Shown: positions 53,823 through 64,000 of the stretch, in pieces
Layout: each line of letters starts with the position of its first letter
Numbering within the stretch: the first letter of the stretch is position 1
NCBI RefSeq assembly: GCF_009834535.1
Contig: NC_045696.1
Span: forward strand, 14,076,001 to 14,140,000
DNA: 64,000 bases
Source of the DNA: Camelus ferus
Taxonomy: Eukaryota
Reading direction: 5' to 3'
Notes under the pieces: model-generated
What the model saw: only the letters and a program-made list of their open reading frames with translations
Databases searched by the model: none
Told to the model about the DNA's origin: nothing
Program-made: the position numbers and the translations under genes

Positions 53823-56800
53823 GATGTGAGGATAAGGAGGCTCAGTTGAAGGGCAGAGTTACTTTCTAGAGTCTTAAATTTATAGTCTGCCCAGGGCCTT
53901 ATATACCAACAGAGTGGTATGTAGGGCAAACCTAAGTCACTGTTGGACTCACATTTTAAACTCATTAGCATGAAGACCATCTCAGGAATTCTTCAAAACC
54001 AATATATCCAAGCCAAGACAACTCTGTTTTGTGTCACGATGCCTATCGTGAAATCATGTGCCTTTAATGAGAGAGTCTTCTCCTAATTTGGTGGCTTGTT
54101 TATTCTAGATTCCAAATTTAAACTATATTCTATCTGCCATGTGACCATATAACCCCAGTAGAGTCTACCTATTGAAAATCTTAGTTTCATTCAATAATTT
54201 CCTCCTTCTATCTGCATATATGCAGCCTTGGGAATGAACGTGTGGCTTCAAAGTGGAGAAGGACAGTGGAAAATTTATGGAGAAGACATGACAAGGTTCA
54301 ATTGTAAATCCTTGAGTGATTAATTTGTTTTGTTACTTTTATGGAGCAACATTATTCACTTCCATTTATACTGCATGTATTCATGCATCTATGATTTTAT
54401 AAATGATCAAAAACCATGATATAGTCCCTTTAGTTTATATCCATGAACCATGATTATAATAGAGGTAGAAGGATTTATTCTATTAGTAATTTGAGCTTAA
54501 AAATATACTTTAGAGACTGTTAAAGATTTACTGACATCGCGAACCTCTGTTATAAAAAAATAAAATAGGCATGTCTCTTCTAGTATTTTGCCCAAAAGGC
54601 ATTACCTCAACATTGCTATAAGAAAACAGACATACTCAAATTGAGGAACATACTACAAAACTTTCAGCTCTTTGAAATTGTTAAAGCCATACAACTTAAG
54701 GGCTGAGAAACCCACTAATTTGTGGAGGCAAAAGCCATATCGGATCTTGGATTGGATCCTGGAATAGAAAAATAGACATCAGAGGAAAAATATGAAACTC
54801 AAAAAAGTGTGTAAATTACTTAAGAATATGGTGCAAGGTTAATTTCTTAATTTTTCCTTGGTTATGAAAGATATTAATATAATATAAATGCTGAACACCC
54901 AGATACATTTGATTTTCAGAGAAAACAATATTTTGTACTGGCATACCCTATGAAATGTTTGGAAAATTAGATATTCTGAAATTTAACTGGGTGCCTTGTA
55001 TATTCTAGGATCCTTAATGTGGAAAGTCATTAATGGACAATCACTAGGAGGGTCCATCTCTGATTTATGTCTTGCATGCTTTATCATGTAGAAAAAAAGG
55101 TGGGGGAAATGTCCGGGGGTATGAAGAGTCATGAACTCGGTTTCATTTTGTAATATTTTTGATAAAAATTAACAATTTAAGAAGATGTCAAGTGATCATT
55201 TGGGTAAATATCAGACTTTGTTTTGCACAAAATAGTAATATCTCTTATGGTTACTTTAATCAAATACTTCCCCTCTCCAACCAAAAACAAAAAAAAAAAC
55301 AAACAAAGAAAAAACCAAGTCAGTTATAGTCTTTTATAAATCGAGTGAGGCAATTTAGCCACACCAATTTCAGGTGATATTCTAAGAACTTAGATAACCT
55401 TGAGGAAAATGGATCATCATGTTATTTATTGAGTTGTTATTGGAAACTTGTTCTAAGTTATTACTTGATTGACTTCATTTTGTGATAGTTGAGGCTACTT
55501 TAATTTTCTGTATGGGAAATTTGAAAATGATAGAATAATGTTTTGTAATTCTAATAATGAGATTCTAATGAAAATGATTTACAGATGCTTTATAATTCTA
55601 ATACTTCAACTCAGCATTTGGTAAATAACATTCACAATATTATATCTGCTTATTCTATTTTACACAAAAACTCCTACAAAATACCCACATGGAAAAAAAT
55701 TCAAAAACATACGCTGGATGAATAAATGAATGTGTTTGATCAGATCTTTAGTATGAAAACATTCTGCTTTGCTAAGAAGGATTTTTCTGAGTCATCAGAT
55801 ATACTTCTCAGGACAGATGAATTGGAAAATTTAAAAAATCTGGCTTCATTCTTATGATCTCCAGAGGGGAACTGGCTAAAATATAGGGGGTGTCCTACAT
55901 CTGCTACTCTCTGTCCCTCTTTAAGGTTATGAGAAAATGTAAAAATAATATTTTGACTCAGAAATATCATTGGAATAACAGAAATCTACTGATAGATTAC
56001 ACATATATTTGTGGATAATGCCACCTCACCACATACATTCTCTTAAAGACACAAAGTATATTTTATCTGTGATATGAACTAGTCTCACCTTTCTGGTGCC
56101 TCCCAATGGGAGGAGTTATAATACTGATTTGAAAAAAGACAGTAATAATGCTAGGACTATGCAAGAGAACTCAGAGTGACTGGTACAATGTGAATCGTGA
56201 TTAAACATATTGGTAAAGAACCAGACCTGTGTTTAGTACATTGATAAATGTAGATATGTGATGTTACTCTATTGGAAATTCAGAATATAATTCTAATATT
56301 AATGAGAAAACTAATTTGTATGAATGTATAGTCAATTTAGAGAAAAAACAAGTGGAAATTGGAGAAATCAGATTTTGAAGAATAACTTCTGTAAGCAGTC
56401 CTCCAGTAGAAACTGAACATGAGTTTTAGACTCATTGGCGTAAGTAAAAAAACATACATTTTGCTCAGACTTGTTTTTTCTAGAAATTTTGATTAGTCAG
56501 ATTATTATCAACATCATGTGTATTAGAGATACATTATGGTTTCACTATAGAAAATAATTGAATCCTTGAAGAGGATACTCAGTTTGGATCAAAAAGAGAA
56601 AAATGCAGAAGTCAAAGGACTGTTAGTCTTATGAAAAAAAAATAGTGAAACTGGGGCCCATATCAAATAAGAGTGAGACTAAAAAATATCATCTCTCTTG
56701 ATAAAAAGGATGGTTCCCAGAGGTTAAAATGAACGTGTAATTTTGCGCAGGACTGTGTAGGTGTGAGTAGCTGTCTCATTCAAACCCTCAGTTGGATAAG

Positions 56801-57041
56801 AGGAGACCAAACTGAGAAACCAAGACAGCAAGCTCCCTGAATTTCTCTCAAGCTTTATCATATGGCTGAGGAACAACAAATTACATTAGTCATAAAGTTT
56901 GGCAACGTCATGAAGGTGTGGTGGGTCACACCCACACTGAGGACTTATAAAAGGCTCTCTGCAGGGAGACATGTCCACCCTGAAGTGACACTTCTACTCT
57001 CCTTCTCTACCCAAGGACAACCTCAACCCAACACCAACACC

Positions 57042-57203
57042 ATGTGTGGCTCCTGCGGAAACTACTATGGGGGCCGTGGCTATGGCTGCTGTGGCTACGG
57101 AGGCCTGGGCTGCGGCTATGGGTCCTGCTATGGCTGTGGCTTCCGCAGACTGGGCTGTGGCTATGGCTCTGGCTATGGCTCTGGCTTTGGCTACTACTAT
57201 TGA
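57042..57203 (+). CDS. KRTAP6: KRTAP6-family protein, copy 6 (53 aa)
   Basis: [60 protein letters not shown] at 56946-56952, AATAAA at 57490-57495. Confidence 0.94.
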   Translation: MCGSCGNYYGGRGYGCCGYGGLGCGYGSCYGCGFRRLGCGYGSGYGSGFGYYY

Positions 57204-58389
57204 GGACGCCATGGAAGACTCTCATCCTCATCTTCATTTAATTATTCATCAGTTCTGAACCCCACAAGGTCTCTGCCTCACCCTCTGATGATTTTTACTA
57301 CCAACTTCGTCTATACTACAAACTTCAGATATGATTTGCCGAAGACCTGATATCCGGATCTAATGCCACTTTGATGCTGGAAGAATATGAAATTCATCTT
57401 GTGAACTCATGTTTTTCTTTTCATCAAGATGATGTTGGTATGGGTTGCATTTTTGTAATGTTTTGCTAAATTTGCTTTTCTTTTTTCTTAATAAAATTTG
57501 AACTTTTTAATACATGTGGAAGAAAATCTGATTTTTTTTCTATTCATTTATTATACAGAGTTTGCCTTTAATTGGGCTTTTTGGTGGGGCATTAGGATAA
57601 TAATTGCTTTACTTTGGGAAACAATTTTCCTCAATGTTTATGTGTTTACTGATATTGCTGTACTGATTCCTACATTTATGACTTCAGAAAAGTATGTGAG
57701 TTTTGAAAATCTCAATTTCTTGTCTGGTAAAGGGAAAAATATTTTATGATAATTTTAGGTTTTTGTATTTTTTTCTCTATAGATTGATACAGTCTTTCAG
57801 TTTGTGTTTCAGGGTCCCTCTAGTATCAACAGAAACCTGACAGGTCGGGCTGAGGTTGACTTTCCCTTATGTTGCCAGAGGTCTCTGAGTTCTGATAATT
57901 CCCAGGATTTTCATTTACAGTGCTTAGATAGGATATATATATAGGATGATTTTTTTTCAGGCATTCATCAAACCCACAGGGTAGTAAGTTCTATACTAAT
58001 TCTCTCCAGTGGAATCCAAATGAAGCCCCAGTCTTCATTTACACCTAGTTGCTCACAGGCCATATCAATCATTAAAATCAGGAAAGGAAAATTGTTATTT
58101 AGGAGTGGAAGGGAAAGTAATATGGTTCAGGATGTCCAGTTGCCCTATTTAAAAGATGTAGACTCTTCCATAAGTATAGGTTAATGTCAATGTTCCAGCA
58201 AATTTTTTGGCACTAATTTTATGAGTTCATCATGGAAAGAGGATATTGCAGCCTAAGAACTTCCTATATGAGCAAAGCTGAAAGGATAAAATCTTACCTT
58301 CAAGCTTCAGCTTTCTTCTTTGGCTTTGTCATATATATCATATTCAATCATGAATCTGAGACAGAAATTGTAGTGGTATGAACCTTACT

Positions 58390-60495
58390 GAACTAATCTA
58401 CTGCTAAAACAACCACCACCACAACAAGTGACAACTCTCAAGATTTTTAACAAGATCCAGGAATTGCAACATAATATTCACAATGTCCAGGATACAATAC
58501 AAATTCTATGAAATACAAAGTCCTGGAAATTGTGAGTAATTCTCAAGGGAAAAGACAACTGAGAGATGCTGTGGTGTATAGACTAAAATGGCCTCCAAAT
58601 TTTATTACCTACTTATATTTACATCCTTGTATTATCCTCTCCTATTGAGTCTGACAGAAGCTGTGACATGCTTCTAACCAACAGAGTATAGAAAAATAAT
58701 AGAAATTACTTCCATGATTAAGTTACATAGATCATAGTGCCCATTTCTTCACATACTTTCTTTTTTGCAGGCATTGATCTTGCAAATGGCTATGTTGTGG
58801 GCTGTCCAATGAAGGGGCCCATTTGGGAAGGAATTGAAAGTGGCCTTTGGTCAATAGCCAGTGAGAAACTGAGGCCCTCAGTCCAGCAATCTGCAGGTAA
58901 CTAAATTGCAGCAACAACCATGTGGGATTAAAAATGAATCCTTCCCCAGGAAATCCTTGAGATGAACCAGAGATGCAGCTGACTCTCCGATTGTAGCTTC
59001 TAGAAAAATCTTTAATAGAAGGCTCAGCTAAGTTGTGCCTGGAATAAAGACCAACAAGATACGTTATCATAACACGTGTGTTTTTAAGCTGTTAAATTTT
59101 TGGCAATAAAAACAGTTAATGATTACAAATACCAATCCCAAAATTATTGGACAAGGACATTTAAGCAGCTTTACAGTCATGATCCATAAGATAAAGATAA
59201 ACACTCTTGAATTAAATGGAAAAAAAAAGATATCATCAACAGAGAAATGGAAATATAAAAAGTACCAAATGGTAATTTTGTAACAAAAAATTACCACATC
59301 TAAATTAAAAAAAAATATATTGGATTGGCTCAATAGCAGAATTGATATGCCAGAGGAGAGTTGGACAACTTGAAGATAAACAACAGAAATTATTGAATCT
59401 GAAAAACCAAGGAAATACAACTTTAAATATAAATAGAGTCTCAGAAATATATGGGACATACCAAAAATTCTAACATTCATGGCATTGGAACTTCCAAAGG
59501 ATGGGGAAAATAGATTGGTGCAGAAATCACATTTGAAGAAATAATGATTGAAAATTTCCCAGAATTGGTAAAACTCATACATTTATAATCAAAAAGTTGT
59601 AACTCTCAATCAATAAGCTCAAAGAAGTCATGTCCAAATACATCATACTCAAGCTTCTGTTAACCAAATAAAAAGAAGAAGGAGAAAGAGGAGGAGGAGA
59701 AAAGAAAAATTCATGAAACTAGGTAAACAACGTATTACATGTAGGTAACAATGATTCAAATTAGTATGGATTTCTCACCAGATACAATAGAGTTCAGAAT
59801 ACAGTAGCAAATGCACCTAAAGTGCTGATAGGAAAGAATCTAACATCCCAACAATACCTTTCAGGAATAGAAACTTTCTCAGATGAGGAAAACTAAGAGA
59901 ATCTGTGCCGGGGAGAACTTTTCTGAAAGAAATGGTAAAGGAAGTTTTTCAGATCAAAGGAAAATAATACTATAGAGATACTTAGTATTTCAGAAATAAA
60001 GAAAAAACAATAGAAAATTGTAAACATTTGGGTAAATAAAAGTTATTTTTTCCTTTTAGTTTTTTAAAAATACATATGACTGTAAAAATTTATATTGGGG
60101 ATTTGAAGGTGTGTTGATAAAATATGAATATGACAAATGTAACAAGAAGAGGCAATGGTAAAGAAACCTGTAAGTTCATAGGGCTTATGCCTTTTAGTTA
60201 AAGTAGTAACGTATCAGCTTTGAGAACACTGTCAAAGATTAGTTGTGTATATGTATATATTGTAATCCCTAGATTAACCACTAAAATTACAGAAGTATAG
60301 CCAAAAAGCCACTAGATAATTAAAATCTAATACTAAATATATTTAAATAATACAAAACAAGGCAGAGAAGTGGAAACTAAGAAACAGAAAACAGAAACAA
60401 ATATCAAATGGTAGAACTAATTTCAAACATGTCAATATTTAAATAATGTGTAAATATGTAAATACATAATTAGAAGGCTAAGATTGTTAAATATA
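58390..60495 (+). mobile_element. Old L1 (5'/ORF1 region to start of ORF2), degenerate, split by the MLT1 LTR
   Basis: 'ggattggctcaatagcagaattga', 'tttgaagaaataatgattgaaaatttccc' and 'ggatttctcaccagatacaat' are ORF1-like. Confidence 0.8.
58568..59125 (+). mobile_element. MLT1-type LTR nested in L1
   Basis: 'tgtggtgtatagactaaaatggcctcca...gagaaactgaggccctcagtccagca...tttaagctgttaaattt', flanked on both sides by L1 ORF1-like sequence. Confidence 0.75.
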
Positions 60496-60712
60496 GTCAC
60501 TATGAGGAATTCTTGAGAATTTTTTAAATGTCAGTTAGTTTGGAAATGAGTCAATCCTGCCTATGGTCTTCCCACATAGAAAATAGATCCTCAAAATTTG
60601 TTCCTATAACTGAGTATTTGTACCCTTTGACCTGCATCACCTGGTAGACAGATGATAGTCAAATTCAAGAAACTGATTCTGCTCCTCAACTGAACCCTCC
60701 ACTCTTGACATC

Positions 60713-60843
60713 ATGGCTACCAAGACAACTACTAGGATGTCCTGGACTATGGCTATGACCATGGCTGTGGCTATGGTAACTCTGGACGTGCCTGCTACTA
60801 CCCATGTTACTCCAGAAGATACTGGGGTTCTGGCTGGTATTAA
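60713..60843 (+). pseudogene. KRTAP22-2: KRTAP22-2-like pseudogene
   Basis: ATG at 60713, then one base short of frame. The restored frame reads YQDNY*DVLDYGYDHGCGYGNSGRACYYPCYSRRYWGSGWY* with an internal TAG at 60733-60735. The 5'UTR and promoter align with the KRTAP22-1-like copies. LDYG and YGNSG resemble KRTAP22-2 as recalled. Confidence 0.8.
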
Positions 60844-61559
60844 GATATTCTAGAATGCTGATCCCTTATATATTTCTTGCTATTGTATAAGAATTATTTA
60901 TTATCTAAGATTTATCTTCTATTCTTACATTAACATCTAAATCCTAGGCTACCCATGATAAAAGTGTTTCCAATTCATTAACTATCTGGAATATCCATGA
61001 TTTTGTGAGGAAAAAATTTCATTCTTCTTTCAATGTTTGCATAAATCCAATCTCAGCATTTCTTTGGGAAAATCTAATTTCATTTTTCATTATACATAAG
61101 TTTATTTGCAAGGATATGATGTACTTATATTCTATATTCATTTTGCTCCATCATTCCTGAGTGTAAGAATATGTGTATGCAGTGTATGTGTGTCTGTGTG
61201 TGTGTGTGTATGTGAGTTTAGCTGCATAGCTGCTGCATTTCTATCAGCTAAGATCTGCTCCAGGGACATGAATTCATTGGCATTTGAAGGGAGAAAGACT
61301 TCATTCTGAGAATCTGAGTGGCCTACAATAGGAAGCCATTCGCATGGCTGAACTGATGAGTGCAGAGTGCGCGCTGATAAGGCACCAAATAGAACCTCCT
61401 AGAGATCACACATTGCATCACGCAGATGCAGTCCTATCTCATGTTGGGTTCACTTCATCCTGTCATTACTTCTTAAAGACAAAAGCTGGCATGAATTCTC
61501 AAAAGCAAAACAAAATCAAATAACAACAACAAAAGGGTTATTAGTGAGGCAAGCTAAAG

Positions 61560-64000
61560 TCCCTTTTCAGGTAAAGTTGGTTCCTAACCAGTAACTGACA
61601 TTCATCATCTCTGTATTTCACCACCCATTCTCGGTTGTCCTCAGATTTGGCTAACACCTCCACTGGTCTGGGTAGCTTGCCGGGTGGGATAACCTAAAAC
61701 TATCTCTGGGACGTCTGAGCCCCCAGTTCCTGTATGCTTATCTGGCTACCGTCCTCTAGGAATGGGAAGCAAGCAGAAACTGCCCCAGTAGATCCTGTGA
61801 ATTTTTGACATATATTTCATACCCACAGTATATAGAACTTGTATCTTCTCATAATAATCAATATAGTTATTTATTTCCCTGCTGACCAACTGCCATGTGG
61901 AGCCCACTATTATCAGTGTACAAGGTAGGCAAAAATTATATGTCAATTCACTAAGTGGTTTCTAGAAACTTATGGTGAAAGGGAGTAATTTTACTTGCAC
62001 ACTTTTTTTTTCAGGTTTATATATTTTAGCTATCAGGGGTAAATTACAGTGCTTAAAAAATATTCCACATTGTAGAAATAGTACCAAACCCCAAAGAGTA
62101 ATTTTTTAACTCATTCATTAGATGCAATTTAAGGGGCCATTTCAACCAGTTGATGTGGTGTGTGCTAAGACTAACAGATTCCATAGCAGTAGGTCATTAT
62201 TTCATCTTCTCAGAGAATGCCTCAGACAAAGCAATGTCATACAGGATTCTATGATGATAAATAAGACCCTGCACATCTCAGATATTGGCTCTGGCCGTGT
62301 CACTGTGGGGAGGAAAACCAAACCCATACCCCATATGTCTACATTCTCAGTAATATCAGATTCCTTCTCTGTGAAAGAAGTCTGCTGTAATCAACTTGCC
62401 ATCAAGAGCTGTTTGATATCCTCTAAGTGTGGCACCCGATTATGGGCTCTGTGAAATTCTCTGATGTTTCCAGATTGGAAATTCAGCTCCAATATTAGCT
62501 AGATCAGCTTTGTGAAAGTCCATTTCTGCCACTATGGCTACACTATGGCTACTACTACATAAGCCCTGGGGTTGCATGTGCCGGAACTGACATTCATTGG
62601 CTGAGTCACTGTCTACCTGGTTGTTTACTACTTGCTCTGTTGCAGATACACTCTGGTGGGAATTAACATCAACACAAACATCTGTATGATTTTATCCACT
62701 CTGATATGTCCAACTACACAATTCTTCCCAAGATCTCTTTAACTGTACTCCTTCCAGATCCTTGAACTTCAGTCAAATCATTAACAAGCCAAGACATTAA
62801 TAAATGTCCAGATGTCCTTGTATGTTCTTACCTCAGATGACATCTCCCTCTGCATGAAATTGGTGATCAGGTCTGCTTAAAATCTTTGTCCACTGGGAAC
62901 ATTTTCCCTTACTATTCTCTGCCAGAGCCATTCTTAGGGGGCTATAGTGCATCAGCAGTCCATTTTCAGCTGATGTCAACATCTTGAGATGACCCATTTA
63001 CGAAACAGGCATGAGTATATTCTTACTCTGCCATTTGGTCATATTAAAGCTTCAGTGGGGCCGCAGAAGTCAACTTACAGAAAGGCTTTAGTGCTACATA
63101 GATCAATAACAAGGGTAACTTACTCATAACCTTTGCACCTGCTTTAACTGATCTTGAATCTATATTCAACATTCAATTCAATATGTATTTTATTAGCAAT
63201 ATATATATATATGCTACTGAACTCAGGTTCAGCTACTCACCATATGCAGGTCAATAAGTCAAGTGACAAGGTGTTGAGGCAAGGAAAGGGATTTCATTAG
63301 AAAACCTGGCTAAGAAAACGGACTATCTAAACATCTCCGAGCAGGCAAATGGCTTTTAAAGACAGTGTGAGGCAGGGTGTGGGAGCAGCTCATGCACAAT
63401 TCTCAGATTGTTTGGCATCAAGGTTAAGTTTTGAGCATCACCAGTCTCTGCATTCAACTGGTCTGGGGTCTATGTGCTTGTGGTCAGCAGTTTTGATCTG
63501 GTGGGGGTCTGCTTCTTATAAAAACAACAAATGGGAATGTATGTCAGACCTTTATTTTTCAGGGAACTGGGAGTTCAATGACTCTGCTGTGTGGCTGATT
63601 TATAGCCTAAATTGTTACCAGTATCCCTGCCCAAAAGCTATTCTTTGTTTCTACCTCTTCACATTTCCTAATAATTAACATTTGAGCTAGGCTTTGAGAC
63701 TCAGGGGAGGCCAGGGAAACTACAGCAAAAGATTTACTTCAAAAGACAGGAACACCAGGGCTTGTACACAGTTTCATTAACACTTAACATTAAATGCCTG
63801 CTGATAAGTCCACCAAAATATATGGTTTGGTGGATCTGAGGTACCCAGTCATAATCGTCAGCTCATATTGTCATTTGACGTCATGCGCTGAGAGATGTTC
63901 AGTCCATTAATATACCAGGGACTCCTTTTTGACCTATGAATATATTCTGATACCATTCGGTCTTTCCTCAGAACTGAGACATCTGTGCTGCAATTCTCAT
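61560..64000 (-). mobile_element. Degenerate ERVL-class internal sequence
   Basis: Antisense pol-like text ('gggccatttcaaccagtt', 'ctgctgtaatcaacttgccatcaag', 'gtccattttcagctgatg'). No open frame; runs off the window end. Confidence 0.55.
63212..63776 (-). mobile_element. ERV1-type solo LTR inserted in the ERVL remnant
   Basis: TG...CA termini. The minus strand ends 'ctttccttgcctcaacacc...ttattgacctg...gagttcagtagca', like ERV1 LTR U5 ends. TSD not clear. Confidence 0.65.

Larger units (their letters stand above)
48394..57041. repeat. Segmental duplication unit U4
   Basis: Closest to U3: shared deletion and insertion, plus a near-identical KRTAP22 tract. Confidence 0.93.

Noticed and set aside
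39133..57041. U3/U4 as a false (haplotypic) assembly duplication
   Set aside because: Many substitutions, a private SINE and a private ~680 bp deletion exceed plausible allelic difference; long reads would settle it.
59067..59582. 171-aa minus-strand ORF, and others such as 601..1041 and 62122..62454
   Set aside because: Chance frames in degenerate L1, L2 and ERV sequence with no recognisable domain.
62530..62560. 'atggctacactatggctactactac' resembling an HGT-KAP start
   Set aside because: Too short, inside ERVL-like sequence, with no Gly/Tyr continuation or promoter.
1..64000. CRISPR array, operon-like or other novel system
   Set aside because: The DNA is mammalian, there are no regularly spaced repeat-spacer arrays, and the periodicity is explained by KRTAP duplication units and known repeat classes.

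Overview
Mammalian, AT-rich, repeat-rich DNA from a hair/fibre high-glycine-tyrosine keratin-associated protein (HGT-KRTAP) cluster. A tRNA-derived SINE resembling the camelid Vic-1 family points to a camelid (alpaca/llama/camel); the species cannot be fixed from this window. I can support ten intact single-exon genes: six KRTAP6-family genes on + (51, 51, 73, 71, 55, 53 aa) and four KRTAP22-1-like genes on - (53, 55, 48, 48 aa). There are also two decayed genes, KRTAP21-like at ~6.3 kb and KRTAP22-2-like at ~60.7 kb. Most of these genes are absent from, or mis-started in, the supplied ORF track. They lie in four paralogous 8.6-10.1 kb units (U1 11606-21625, U2 21626-31701, U3 39133-48393, U4 48394-57041) whose edges coincide with KRTAP6 genes. 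The units show diagnostic shared deletions, unit-specific retroelement insertions, gene-conversion-like tracts and promoter differences. The rest is old L1, L2, MIR, MaLR/ERVL and hAT debris. I see no evidence of a new class of biological system; the noteworthy biology is a lineage-level expansion and remodelling of a KRTAP6/KRTAP22 module. Family and repeat names come from recall and by-eye alignment, not database searches, and repeat boundaries are approximate.
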